From assembly GCA_036172245.1 (NCBI GenBank), contig JAYWIR010000017.1, forward strand, positions 2,790,001 to 2,854,000: 64,000 nt of DNA, written 5' to 3'. The notes beneath the pieces are model-generated. The model did no database searches and was not told the origin of the DNA. It saw only the letters and a list, made by a program, of their open reading frames with translations. This document shows, piece by piece, positions 1 to 13,700 of this stretch. The translations under genes and the position numbers were made by a program. The first letter of the stretch is position 1. Each line of letters begins with the position of its first letter. Origin of the DNA: Raillietiella orientalis (lineage: Eukaryota).

Positions 1-310
1 GTCTGGAATCACGTCGTTTCGAGTGTCCGGGACTGCGGGAAGCGCGCCGCATTGCGTGCAGTCCACGCACACGTAGGCCCCGGCGGGGAAACCGATCGAT
101 CAAACCGCGCCAGAGCGACGAAGCCGCCCAGGCACCGCGACCGGGCCCTGATCGAAGCCTCTTGTTCCGCCCTCCCGCCCGCCCGACACTTACACACGCC
201 GTGTCTCCCGGGAAACGGACCTCGCTGGCCAGCTTCTCGCCCCGAGCTACTGCTTCAGACGGCCGGTCTCCCGAGGCGGAAGTGGGGCCGGTACCATCGA
301 AGAGGCTGAG
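1..310 (+). mobile_element. Possible 3' end remnant of a non-LTR (L1/Tx1-like) retrotransposon
   Basis: GC-rich broken frames with an 'ES..F-E-C-P' segment at the window edge, reminiscent of the H-x-x-F-x-C end of a zf-RVT motif, followed by a pyrimidine-rich tract. Weak motif evidence only. Confidence 0.2.
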
Positions 311-1871
311 TCCGTTTCTTTGCTCTCTCCCTTCCCTTTTTCCACTTTCCGCTCTCCGTGTGGCTCCCGGGGCATGCTCCTTGACGGACCCCCTCCAGCC
401 GCTACGACCTGCCCCGGCCGCGGCAGGAGTTTCCTCCTCTTGGAGCAATATAACCCCCGAAAGACTTCCTCTTCCAGGAAGAAAAGGGTCCGTACTTTGA
501 TACACAGTCTTCGCTTCGGCGCGAGTGGAACAGTCGGTTCCTTCGCCAAGCGTAAACATCTCGCTGTTCCTCGAGCGGGTGCATTCTTCTTGTTTCTCCC
601 TCCCCTCCCCCTCGAAATTTCCACTTCACTATCCAACAGCTTCGCTTGGGGACTGAGCTTCACGAAAGAATGTGCTGCTCCATTCTTACGTGAATGATCG
701 CCCTCCCTCCCTCCTCACTCTTCTTCCCTCCTCTTCCTCGGCAGTCAACCGGCGAATTCCGGTGCTCCTCCTCCTGCCAAGCTTCTGGTGTGTTTTTCAC
801 ATCCTTGTTTATGCGATTAGTCAAGTGTAATGCTCTTTCCCAGCTCCTGAACTCGCTCTAGCCTCAGTTCTCCCGCGAGTTCAGGTGCACACTAGTGTCT
901 CTATCAGGAGACCTCACTGTGTCCTGCTGTGACCCAGACACTTGCGCATTGCTGAGCTTCTTAGAGGAATTGTCTTCCTTTTGCAACCACTAACACATAG
1001 AGTGCATTCTTGTCTTTAAGCTGACAAGTCCTCCCTTCTATCTTCTTCTACATTAGTCACCGAATGCACTGAAGTCCTCCTTCTGTAAACCTCCTTCGTA
1101 CCTTAACCGAAGCGCTTGGCTTGCTAGATAGGTGAAAGAAACAGTGACGACATGAGGTTCGAGAAAGTCCTGGTTTAGTTTGGGGTAGTCCCTGTGGATC
1201 AAGCGGTAGTATGCACCGCAGGCTCCGCTGGAAATGTAGCAAAGAAATCACCTTTTCAAATGTATGGAAGTCACCACACAAAGACAAGGGAAGATGCACG
1301 GTCAGGAACGTAAAAAAGCAAAAGGGAAGAATAGGTGCTTGGGAATACTCGAGTCGATCCTCTCGGTATGTCACACCTCTTTCTCCTTTCCTCCTCCTGA
1401 TATCCATTGCCTTTATCACTGTTGATTCGAAGTGCTATCGTGCCGGAGGTAGCCTTTTTTATTTGCCGAAAAGTGCATGATATGTTGTTTTCTTCGTGAC
1501 GGATCTCATTATACGCCTTTTTATTATGGAGTCACTTGAAAATGATGAATCAGAGTTCATTTTCCGCTTTCTATGCCACATTGCTTGCTCTTAGATGTCC
1601 GGAGCTTTTACGAGATGCCGAGGAGTAAAGATAACTTCCTCCCGAATGGCTCTTTAAAAATAATCAATTTTGCAGAATACACAGCACACGATCACAGCAG
1701 CATGGCACAATTCCGCTTAGAAATCCAAACAGTGATGAAGAAAAACACGAAAATCAATAAACACGTCTGTTTCTCCCTCCCTCTCTCTCCCTCTCTTCTG
1801 CCGAAAGAGTTTATACAAATTCAGTTCCTGTCCCGGTTGCATCCCGCGCTGTTTGCTGAAATTTTTGCTAA

Positions 1872-1895
1872 ACAACAGCAGCAGCAGCAGCAGCA
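1872..1895 (+). repeat. (CAG/CAA)n microsatellite
   Basis: Direct observation: caacagcagcagcagcagcagcaa; no supported coding context. Confidence 0.8.
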
Positions 1896-2915
1896 AAAGA
1901 GACAGATTCATCATCGGTGCTTTGAAGATCCCTTTCTTTCTTCTTTTTTTGTCCTAGCTTTTTCCTGTTCCACCTAACCGATTCCGAGCCATTTTCCACA
2001 GGGCGCACAGTGCGTTGGCAACCGTGGTGAACCCGTGTCCAGAAAACTCCGGTTCACGCGAGTCAGAAGGATCTGTGACCAGTATGGTCCGAAAGCCCAA
2101 CATGAAAGAAAACTCGACAGATATACATAATTAATAGGGTCCCATTAGCGGATTTATAATATGGGATGGCAGAAACAAAGAAACAGAAAGATGAGCTTCC
2201 CATGAAGGTGCAAGCCAAACACTCGAACGATGGGCCAGATGTGCTCTTTGCCATGAGCTGGGAACACCGCGTACACCACGAAGTTTGTGAGGGTACGTTC
2301 GCCATGTCACACGTATGCGCTCCGTTGACCATCCCACCGGAACCCCACTTATGCGACTCCCGAGGTGGGATCTTCGCCGTCTTCGCCAAAGCTGCCACAT
2401 CTCGAATCATAATTTATGCCTTCTACTTTTCCTTCAGTACACTTTTCTTTCCACCTCGACCGCCCAACTGGAATCTACATATTCTAAAAATAAAACGCTT
2501 GAAAATTTTGGGCACTGCTAAAGATCATAGCTTGAATAATATGGCAGAGGCTGTTTTTTTTTTCTCTCTCTCTCTCTCCCCCTTCGAGATGCATTTTAAT
2601 AGTACCGTTTTTTTTTTTTTTCTCTTCCCCCTCTTCTTTTCCCAACTATAATCACAGTTACCTATGGACCTGTAGAGCAGCATCGATCGTTAACTGGCAC
2701 TCTTTTCGTACCAGAGAACAGTATCGGTGTAGCATATTGCGGCTTAGACTTGACGTACATGCTGGAATGGTTGAACGCTCCTCGCAGACAGATTTAGGCT
2801 TGTGAAGAACAGAGTTTCTATCCGGGAAAAAGCAGTGTCTGAACAAGTGTGCAAGGAAGACTTGAAGATCTTGTAGGTATATAGCGTACAGATCAATCGC
2901 TGCTTATTCGTCATT

Positions 2916-4187
2916 ATGGTAAGTAATGCTGGCATGGGGGGGTTCGGGGGGGGGGAACTGGGGAGAGGAGGTTGGGGGTGGTGGTGCTTGGGGGCGAGTG
3001 AGATTAGCCCACGGGCGAGCGATGCCCCACTTTCAATCGACAGCAGCACGTTGGCATCGGTTGCAAAACGGTGGTGCCGTCCCCCATTCGTGACAATTTG
3101 CAGAGGAAAATGATTCGAGTAATTCGACTTCCCCAAGTTGTTTGTACCAAGCGATACGCGGGGGAAAGTTCTGTACCGTGATGCCCAGAGACTCGTACAG
3201 AACGGTATTTCAGAAATACGAATATTATTAAGTACAGTTGCAAATTAAAGTAAATCTTACAATATTGACGCAATGCAGGTATGTAATATCCAATCGCATG
3301 CCCGCAGTCATGTTGCTCCTCCTACTGGGGGCATAAAGTATAATTTAAAAGCCCATAGTCGCAAACTGCTGTTTGTGGAGAGCCAACGTGTTCGTTGAGC
3401 AGAAAGTGTAGCAAGTTTTAATTGAATTAAATGTTTGCTGTGCATCATATGTAGGGCTTCACCCCAACATGGTAGGGTTGCGTATTGTTCGTTGCATTTG
3501 CCAGTATGTCGTAATTTTACGAGCGTCATGATAAAAATAATAAAAATAAAAATAATAAAAATCAGTGATGGTCACGTTCATTAGTCGCATAATCATAGTG
3601 ATGTCAGGATCTTCCCCCATTAATTTCATTCCATTGGTTCATTAGGCAGACCAGCTTACTGAGGAACAGATTGCAGAATTCAAGGAAGCATTCTCACTCT
3701 TTGATAAGGATGGTGATGGAACAATTACCACAAAAGAATTAGGCACTGTCATGCGCTCTTTGGGTCAGAATCCTACTGAGGCAGAATTACAGGACATGAT
3801 CAATGAAGTGGATGCAGATGGTATAGATAAGTTTTGTAGTAATGCCTTTACTTCTCTGTGGGGTTTTTAGGAAATGGAACAATTGATTTTCCTGAATTTC
3901 TAACTATGATGGCACGGAAAATGAAAGACACTGATTCAGAGGAAGAAATTCGAGAAGCATTTCGTGTATTTGACAAAGATGGTAATGGATTTATTTCTGC
4001 AGCAGAATTACGACATGTAATGACCAATCTTGGTGAGAAACTCACAGATGAAGAGGTGGATGAAATGATTCGGGAAGCGGACATTGATGGTGATGGGCAA
4101 GTCAATTATGAAGGTGAGTGCATGGCGATGATTGTCACGGTTGTTACTTTTTCTACAGAATTTGTCACCATGATGACCTCGAAATGA
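2916..4187 (+). CDS. CaM: Calmodulin, 149 aa; join(2916..2918,3646..3820,3871..4113,4159..4187)
   Basis: ATG followed directly by GTAAGT (the conserved post-ATG intron), then [25 protein letters not shown]...[10 protein letters not shown]. Exons sum to 450 nt with GT-AG introns of 727, 50 and 45 nt. C-terminus matches the invertebrate (Drosophila-type) sequence. Confidence 0.98.
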
Positions 4188-4412
4188 GAAAAAAATGTTG
4201 CTGTTGTTCCATTTCTCCAGTTTACATTTTATTTGTTATCATAACAAACATTAAAATCCATCAGCCATTCAATGGGATGTGCTCTTTTTCTTAATCCCCA
4301 TTTATCTCCTGGGGATGGGAACCCTTCCCCAGGTAAGCTTTCTGCTGTCCATTGTGACTGTGCTCCCTGACATTCCATCTTTTGTCTCCCCTTCATGGAG
4401 TACAATAAAATT

Positions 4413-5244
4413 TTATTTCATAGTGATAGGTTTTGAGGGCAAGTTTGTATCCTCCTCCACCTGACAGCCAAATTGATTGGAAAATGCATGTAGTAACAAT
4501 GGCAAGACATCTGCTGGGGATGTATCCTGCTGTAGTACTTTAGATAGAGACGTTGTTTTACGACCATGGAGACCACAAGGAATTATGTGATCAAACCAAC
4601 TTAAATCAACATTGCAGTTGATGGCCAGACCATGCGTAGTCACGTAGCGACTCACATGGATGCCTGAAATCAAATGAATTTTCAGATACAGACTGGCTGA
4701 TGCTGAAACCTTGCCTATAGCACACACTTTACTTTCTCCTACCCAGACTCCAGTGTGGATATTTGTGCATGCTTGAATGCCCAGCAAACTGCACATATGT
4801 ATAACAGTTTGCTCAAGATTAGATACATAACATCTCACACTAGGATTAAAGTGATGCAAATCAAGAATAGGATAAGCCACCAATTGGCCCGGGCCATGAA
4901 AAGTTATTAGTCCGCCTCGATTTGTATGAACAAATTCAGCACCCTTAGTTTGCAACTCTTGAATGAGATCTTTATTGTACTGTTTGGTTCTTAGTCCAAT
5001 AGTGTACACTGTAGAATTACACTAGTGTTTAGTTCTTTTTCCATTTGTGCCTTACTGCACTTTGAGCTCAGTACACATTCTTACCTGGATGATGTTCTGT
5101 TATTAACAGCACATCAATCCCTGGATGATTACTCCTACCACACTTGTGATCTAGATGCTTCTGAGCAAATTTCATTTGAACTTGATGTGCAGCTTGAAAA
5201 GGCACCTTTCCCAGGTTGTGGAATATCACCTTTTTTAATCCCAT
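4413..5244 (-). CDS. LIPT2: Octanoyl-[ACP]:protein N-octanoyltransferase (lipoyltransferase 2, LipB family), 234 aa; complement(join(4413..4663,4715..5008,5085..5244))
   Basis: LipB motifs EHHPVYTIGLR, RGGLITFHGPGQLVAYPI, KVCAIG-IHVSRYVTTHGLAINC, FDHIIPCG. Exons sum to 705 nt; intron 5009..5084 is GT-AG and intron 4664..4714 is GC-AG. Confidence 0.95.
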
Positions 5245-7699
5245 AGATCAGGCTGAAATGTTTCGCACAATCCTTCATGCATTGCTTAAATGTACGTAAA
5301 AAAAAAAAAAAAAAAACGCTAGAAGTAAAATTTTCGGTAAAGCGGATTAGCCATGTACATGTACACTGTTGCTATGTATGCAAAGTTACATATTAAAGTC
5401 GAGCACAAACTACACACGGACTATCCGGATCTTAATGCAAGTTTGCTTGGATGTTCGAGTGTAAAACAAGCAACAAAAATTTTCAAAGAGCTGATGGACA
5501 CAAAACGCAAATGTGCACACGCCGCAACACCTACCTTCTTACCTTGGATGTTACATATTAGATGAGTCCATTAATTTTGGAATGGATGTTGACAACCATG
5601 TAACACGTTTAAGGGGTAAGGAAGAGGAAATTCATCCTTCTCAGCTTCATTTCGCCTCAGTCCACCATTTCCTATCAGTGTCGAAGCACAGCTAGAGAAA
5701 AAAAACTCTCGGGGACAAAAGGACACAGGACCTACGCTACTTTCGCATCTCATGTTCATTCTTCACTCAAATACACAGGCCAAACTGACGTGCACGTTTT
5801 TTACATTCCATTTCGATTGCTATTCCTTCATTTGATTTCAGAGACGAGGTAACCACATCTGCTTCGCTCTAGCAATTCTGTGGTTCCTGCAAGAGTTCTT
5901 GCATTATGAGATTCTTGAGGAATAAATACCCGACTACGCAAGGTTGAGATCCACACCTACTAATGATTGAATCCACCAGCGTGATTCCGATGCACGAGTA
6001 AACAAGCGTTCGAAAATAATTAAAAGAATCGAATAGTCTCACTCATTGGATCGAAAAACAAACAAGCAAATCGAAAACAGTTCGATCTTACGGTGAGCTT
6101 CAGAGGAAATTAAGTGCGGGTGTTGTGATGTTGGTGTTCTTAATGACTGACTGCGAATTTCCACCTCCATAATTGCATAAGCTCGCATCTATCGTTTGGC
6201 AACAAGATGGTCGTCCGGCTTTTCCAGCGGCTCGCCATGGTTACAGCTGGGGTCAGGCGTGCGTAGGGCCGCCCCGTGTGGACAGAATTTGGCTTCAGCC
6301 ACCGACCAACTTCAGCAGCATCTTCACAATGTTGCTGTTTTGCTTCAAGCAATCAGAGGAAATCTTGGAATCGTTTGCATTTTCTTTCTTTTTTTTTTCT
6401 TTCTTTTTTTTTTTTTTTTTAGAAAACTCTGCGACCACAGGCAGATAGGAAATTGTAGGAAACATTTTTTTTAGCTTGGCCACAAGCCCCCCTCTTTTTT
6501 TTTTTTTGGAAAAAAAAAAAACGTATCTATCACTGAGCGATGATTGTGAGCGTATTTTCATTTCTTGCATTGTTAGAGAATCCAATTAATGTCACTCTAG
6601 TTGTCCATGTGAGAATTTATCTGATAAATAGAGTTCCTGATTTTCTGCTATCCTTTTGCCATCTATTACTTCTACGTACTTGCCATAACTTTTGCGAACA
6701 GAAGAATCTCGTGCAATAAAACCATTCCATGAAAACTTGCAAGACATTTTTCAATTAAATCAAGTTTGTGTAATTGAACGAAACCATAAATGAAAAAAAA
6801 AAAAAAAACTAGTTGCTTTCCATGTATTTGAGGACAGTCTGTTCCACTACAAATAGAATACCACTTTGATTATAAGTCAATTCAAGCAGGAAGATGTTCA
6901 AATTTGTTGAAGTTCATAAATGCAGTTTTTATTTTTTTTAAAAGAAAGGAGTTTCCAAAATCGCTCATCCATCGGTTGGCTATTTCCCTCTTTTTCAGCA
7001 TGCAGAAAACACTCTAGAAATTTCAGGACCGAATCCTACCATTATTCTTCCCTGCTATTTTCAACATGCAAACAATTGAAAGCTGGATCTTGAAAGGGTA
7101 GTTATGTTGATCCAATCTATCATTTCATCACCAGTGTACGCTCTTCCTCTAAAAGTCGCTGTGCGGTAAAAAATCTCGACTACAGCTATGGAGTGATGGA
7201 ATTATCGAATAGAAGTATTCACCAATCATCATCACAAGGAGTAATCCTTGTGAACTTGATTGATTTATCGAGAGATCGTGAGTGCTAGAGAATGATGAAA
7301 TGGAACTTCAGATGAAACTGAAATTCCTTAATTACGATCTTGGATTAAAAAATTTCGAGCTTTTAAATAAAGACAATCCAATGTGCTTTTTAATCGTGCT
7401 GGTTTCACAGCTCTCGGTACAGACCGATGCTTGGGACAGAATCCAAATGCAAAATCGGAAGCTGTGTTCTTCTACCATTGCCCTTCATTATACAAAGGTC
7501 ACAACGCTAGTACATTCGTTTCAGACTAGCGCTTTCAGAAATATTTGCAATTGAAGTTGGAATTTGAGAAAGCGATTTCACATGAAGCTGAAACCAAAAG
7601 TGAGTCACCTTGAGGTTTGGGTACACAAATGTTTACAATCAGCTTTGAGGCCCCCTCCCAGTAAATGGGATGACATGGGAAACTGTGGAAATGGGGGTA

Positions 7700-8520
7700 A
7701 TGAGGGTGGTGGGGGTGTCATGGAGTAATGGTGAGTACGAGAGTTATGAATATGGAGACTATGGGATGTACTATGGGAGCGGAATAAGGAGGGTGTTGTA
7801 ATTATGGTTATGCCAAGGGATGTGTTGATGTGGGTTTACGTTAAGGCGATGGGTATCTGAAGGGGTTAATTATTGTAGTACTGGTATTCAGGCATAAAAT
7901 GCTGATAGAAATGAAAGGAATGGTTGTGTTTTGGTTGAGGTTGTAGATGTCCTGCGTGAATAAAGGCCATATGGTTTGTTGAGTAAGAAGGTTTGTTGAA
8001 TTTGGAGATAATACTGGGGAAGTTGAAATTTTTTTTTTGTTTTGATGAAGATGTGTGCAAGGAGAAATAAATATGAGATTTTGATTTCGATGCTGTCTAG
8101 AATTCAGAAAGGGATACTGAGGGGAATGTGATACTGTGTTTGTCAGGCAGGACAACGATAACCTATTAGCATTGCTGAATGTTAATCTTGATGGCATTTT
8201 TATTGTTGGTGATGGTAGGTGTAGGGATGAGGAAAGGAGTAGTGTGTTGGGGTGTAGTATTTTTGTGAGTGATGAGGTGATTGAATAGAGAGCAGTGTAT
8301 CGGAAGAGGTGAGATGGTTGATGAGGTAAGATACTGTTTGCTGTTGATGATTGTAGTGCTGTTTTTTGCAATATTGCACGGTGGGATAGGGATGAGTGAT
8401 TACTCGATGTTTGGGATTGCGAAGGTGGTCTCGAGTGTTATAGTTATGTGTAGATTTATGAGGATTGACTTTTCAATGTTTTATGTGATTTTTTGAAAGG
8501 AGAGCGATTCCTGTAGTGGT
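7700..8520 (-). mobile_element. Decayed LINE 3' fragment (CR1/L2/Jockey-like tail), tentative
   Basis: Strong strand skew (C/A-rich on minus) and broken frames ending in 'HSFHFYQHFMPEYQYYNN*PLQI', resembling the SFF..R...(W/Y)N.LP C-terminal motif of LINE ORF2 proteins. Confidence 0.3.
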
Positions 8521-9136
8521 GACTGTGGTGCGCCGGGACCATCAGGTGAAGCGCTTTGGAGCTGCTGTGTTGTGTACACAGTTTTTAGGTCCTAGTGTTT
8601 TCGGATAATATGATTATTTTGTAAGCGATTTTCGCAGTTCCCATGTTCGTTCTAGCTGCCAGCAACGAGTTGAGCTAAATTTTTGGACACTCAGCAAGGT
8701 CGAATTTAACCGAGATAGAGATAAGTATTCAAGGGTGCCTGGTATCTTGGACAAATGAAAAATTTTCATTCCAGTATAGCTTCGAGGGCACCCTTGACAG
8801 TGAAAGAAGTCTGTCACATGGAAATTCTGAAAAACTGATGTTTGAGATGAAGGAAAAAGTTAAAGCGAGAGTTAACTTGAGAAAGGGACCACTGATCTGT
8901 GCTTTAGAAACATCAGCAATCGCACATTCTGAACAAGGTAAAACGAATTAAATTTTAACATTTTGCAATGAAATTCTCTTGAGTCTTAGTTATTTAAGTC
9001 TCCCAAGTTCAAAGGATAGGAAATCATCTATGTATAAAAACAAAGCTGTTTCTGTAGGGCAGATCAGCAGGCATAGGAAGAAAGGGCTGTAATAGATGGA
9101 AATCGGTAAAACAAAGCCAATAGCAGAAGCAAGAGT

Positions 9137-10760
9137 GTGGTCGTTCCAGTTGGCGCGGCGTGGGAGGGGCAGTCCGACTGGATCCGCCTGGAGATCCCGG
9201 CCGTTACGTCTTTCAAGTATTTAGGCGTCCCGCCGGGGGACATCAGTCCAGTGGAAGCGTGGTCGGACTGCCTTCAGAAGGCTTTGAGTGCTCTAAGCCC
9301 GTTCCAACTTGGCAGGTTCGTGCTGCCGGAGCGGGCCTCCGTTTGAAACACCTTCGTTGCCCCCCCTCCTTCCGCCCCCTGCTTTTTGTTTGCCCTCCCC
9401 CCTACTCGGTCAAGCTCCAGGCGAGACGCCTGTTGAGAAACGCTTTGTGGGGACCCGCGAGGTCCAGGATCCGCCTCAAAGACTTGGCGGCTTGGGCATC
9501 CTGACGCTGGATAGGATAGAACTGCAGGTGCAGTTACTCATGTTGGCCCTGTGCGCCAACATTTGGTCCACTCCGTGATGTGCTCCCGAGAGCCTGCTAC
9601 TGCGGCTCAGCACCGGCAGAGAAGGACTTCTTTCGTTGCTGCCGCATACGGAGTGCGCCACGAGAAGCTTCGGTTTCCCTCTGAAACCACTCTACCGGCT
9701 CCTGGTAGCCCACACATAGATCTCCTGCCGTCCAACGAACTTTAACGCCTGGTGGCAGGAACCATTGTATGCCTGGGCAAGGCAACAGGATGTGTCTCGT
9801 TTGGAACTCCGTTGCGCGAACTGTACAGTAGAACCTCCTTACTGTACAGTGGAGGAGGTGATGCAGAACCAGGAAAAGTGGGCTCGTCTGCCCGCCACTC
9901 CGTGCCATCAGGGCAAGTGATGACAGTTGCCTACTGGCAAGGTGGGAGGTCTCCTGCACCATTACACGAGGAACCCGACCCATGGGCGGCTGGAGGACTA
10001 GCGAGCTGGCAGACGCCGCCACGCCTCGCAACATCCCGAAGGGACTCCTTCGGTGGAGCGATCTCTTGAGTGTGCTCCCCGAAGAACTTTTGGTCCCTCT
10101 CTCATGCGTGAACACTTCTGTGTTCCCCCTTTTTTGGAAACAGGACGTTATCATGCTGGTGCATTGGGGTTTCCATTGCAACCAGCTCACGAACCTTATT
10201 TCCCGGGGAGTTGTCTCCCCGAACTGTAAAAGGTGTGGAGAAGCAGAAATGCTCCCTCACCTGCTTTTGGACTGCGGTATCCTCCAAGGACTGTGGCGGA
10301 GGTTGGCCTCAGCTCTCATGCTCCAGGGGGACAACGCAAGGGATTTCATGCGCTGCTTCTTCATGCCAGGCGGCATGTCGTTAGGTGCTGTTATAGAACT
10401 GTTGCACCCGCGCCATCGACAAGGCCCACCGAGAGCTGGAGACGCAGGCGATTCGTCGACAGGCCACCGGAATAGCCGAACAGAACATGACATCGGCTTC
10501 CGAGTGGGCCCATCTTCCAGAAGACGTCAGGAAGATCTCCGGCATCCAATACTGGTTCTGAAAGAAAGGAACGGCCGAAGCCAAAGACCCCTGTCCCCTC
10601 CCCTCCCCATATCTTTATTTATATTTTTTTATATGTGTATTTGTGATCCCCTCCCTCCCTTTCCGGACTTTCGGATTTACCGACATGCGTGTTGGGGAGC
10701 CCTCCCTTCGTTTTTCTGAGTCCTTTGTCCGGGAACTCTGTTCCCGGATAGTTTAGAAAT
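9137..10760 (+). mobile_element. 5'-truncated, frameshifted L1/Tx1-clade non-LTR retrotransposon (RT C-terminus to zf-RVT and 3' UTR)
   Basis: Abrupt GC increase; motifs in the expected order: FKYLGV (RT end), LWG..RI, GGLGIL, then CKRCGEAEMLPHLLLDC (zf-RVT CxxC..E..H...C), followed by a pyrimidine-rich tail and AATAAA near 10757. Confidence 0.8.
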
Positions 10761-13700
10761 AAACGCCCTGGCGCACCCGGGTGGGAAGCAGATGCATGTA
10801 TTGCTATTGCAAAAGCCAGTCAGGGAACGAAAGCTCAGAAATCGTCCGGAAACCATCTCTAGGAAATTCAAAAAGTTCAACGAATCATCTAGGTTGCTCA
10901 CCTTGACTCCTTGATAGAAGAAGCAATAGCAAAACAACGGGATAGCAAGATGCATCACATCTCTGCTTGATTTACGCAAAAGCTAGGAAATCAATCAATC
11001 AGTACGTTTCAGATTCAGCTGCCCACAAGGAATCCGAAAGTGAAGAAGAATTTGACTAAAAGCATTGGTATCGAGTTTCGTCCAAAGGCTTCACACAGAA
11101 CTTCTCTACTTGGCATGCATACACTAGTTGTTTCTCAAAAAAATAAACAGCTGATCTAATCAACAATAGGGTGCGAATCAAGTGTAAACCGGAGAAGTAT
11201 ACAATGTATTCTGTTAGCTATACTCTCTATAATCAGACATTGGTATGCAGTAAACTAATGCAATATAAGAAGGTAGTTTGGTAAGCCGATCGAAAATTGA
11301 TTCATACACATGCAGTGTAAACCAAAACCCAAAGTTAAAGGATCACGTATAGTTTTCTTAGAAAAAAATAATATAGTTAATCACGAAAAGCTGGATTTCC
11401 ACTGCCTTTCTTGAAAATATTCTTTTCCAACACTTGATAAGAAAAAAATATTGAAGTCTTTATACATAGCTTAATTTATATAGCAAGACTATCATTTCAA
11501 AATCATTACAAGTTAAGAAGGAACAACGATTCAGCTCCAGAATCACGTCTCAAGGACGAAAGGCACCATACTTTAAATGGAAGCATGGTGTTCTGCTAAT
11601 TTGTGTCCGTTTCATGAAACAGCAGAATTCACGAACTCATCGTGAATATTCTTCATCACCACCAAAGAAAACGAACGTCCACAAGGGTCAGATGCCTCAG
11701 TACGAATGCATGTTCCCAGTTTTGCTTCGGCTTTTCTCCACTCGTGAAGAGTGGAGAGAAGCCGTTAGCTTCATCTTCAAGTGCTCAGAAGGCGCCTGGT
11801 TACAGATCCAGATGAGTCCGTCATGGCAAAACCGTGTCAAACCGTGTCACCTTGTCAGTTTATCTTATTCTGGTTACTTATCCTGGGATCTGATCCATAC
11901 GAATCTTCCTGATCTGCCAAATCCGTACCGTTGGTCCCTACGTCGAGCCAACGTCTAGCTTTTGTTGACAAAGAACAAAAAGAACACCACTACAATCAGG
12001 GAGGTCAACCTACTTTGCCAATACCTGCTTATCATTACAAAAAAGGGAATGCATCGTGGTTTCAATGGATACTTTGGAGAGAGAAACTTTTTTCTAGTTC
12101 TTTTCCAGGAGGAACAGTACATTTTGAAACAAACTTGCCTCTCAGACTTGTGCTTGAACAAACACCGGCTATCACATATCTAATCAGTCTGGTATCAGAC
12201 AAGTGAATCTGGAGGGGGAGGGGGAGTTACGAAATATTAGAGGAAAATCAGTATGGAATTCATTAAACCCGCGTTTCAAGCCAGAATTAAATGATCTTCT
12301 ACTCCCCTTCAGCAACTCCTTCCTCGATATTTCCACAACAGTCACAGAGATCTTGCCACGGACGTAAAATTGCTCATGAGTGCTCATTGCACTGTATCAA
12401 TCTGGGCACCCTTGAGCGGTGTATACAAAATCCCATGTAAATTTGAACCGAAGAATATCACTATATAAGGGAATGAAAGAATTTTAGTTCTCGAGGAAAT
12501 GAACCTAATGGAAATTCTGGACATAAAGGGATCCCATTCATCTGGTGAGAATTCGATTCCAGATTGTTTTGGTTCCAGTTCCGTTTTCAACCATACGCTA
12601 AGTGATATTAAAAATGCTCTCGATGCCTGCTTTACTTATTCCAAGCTTGGAGCGGAATTCAAATAGTTTCTGATGACAGGAAGGATATTTAGACGCAGGC
12701 TTCACTCCTTGGAAAGCAGTCGTGGGAAGGCTGTGTGTTGCTAAGTGATTCGGGGGGTTTGATCACCAGTTTGAGACATAGCAAGGCGTAGGTGATTTGC
12801 CGTCTTGAAGAATTCATATTTGAAGCACGGCAAAGAGTTGCCGGAAGGAACGTGGCCACTTGGACTGTTCGCTACATCAAAATAAACTGTAGGCAATGAC
12901 TTCTTTTGAAAAAGTAGTTCCCTATAGGTCTCCCGTAATGGAAGGATAGTTCAGTTTGGTATTGAACAGAAAGGAATACAAGAAATACATCTCAAGATCA
13001 TTGTAAGGGAAGACTGAGTACAAATTGTTTAAAATTCACTTCAAATGTGATTATAACGCACAGAAAGTAGCTTGAATTTCAGTGCATGCTCAACTGAGAT
13101 AAGTGCCGTACATGTGACGTCTGCAACCCATGCTGACGAGCGATTCCAAATAAACCATTTAATAAGGAATAAAATAACAGCAAGCAAGAACCCCATGAAT
13201 TTTTATCCATTTTGTCTTCTCGGTGCTGTATAAAAACAGTCGGTTGGCAAGCATTCCTCTTCTTCTACGCGGTGTGTGCTTTCCTATGGCTCCTTGGAGT
13301 TTGTCCTCGAACGGAAGGGCGAAAAAGGACGTTGGTCCACGAAACTTCTCCATGTTCTGTTGGATCCATTTCCTCTTTCTTCATGGCTACGGCAGACATC
13401 CCCAAACTTTCATCCACGAATGGTGCTTTCCATCCTGCCAAACGGACGGGGGTCTGTCGAGATCAGATCCGAGAGAAGCACGGCGGATGGGAACGCACAA
13501 AGATTAATTGCAACCGCATCCGCTGCCCGAAAAAGGGTGCGGGGTCCTGCATTATGGTGAGAGAGGGCATCTTGCACTTGATGCAAGCGCACCTCGAGCA
13601 GCATAGCAACGCATGCCTATCATTGTGCTAACGTGCGCCGTATACAAAAGCACCCTGCTCGTGTTTCACTCCCCCCACTGGGGAAGCTGTCCTGAACTTC

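Noticed and set aside
1573..1977. 134-aa polyQ-containing ORF
   Set aside because: Low-complexity microsatellite-derived frame with no splice or domain support.
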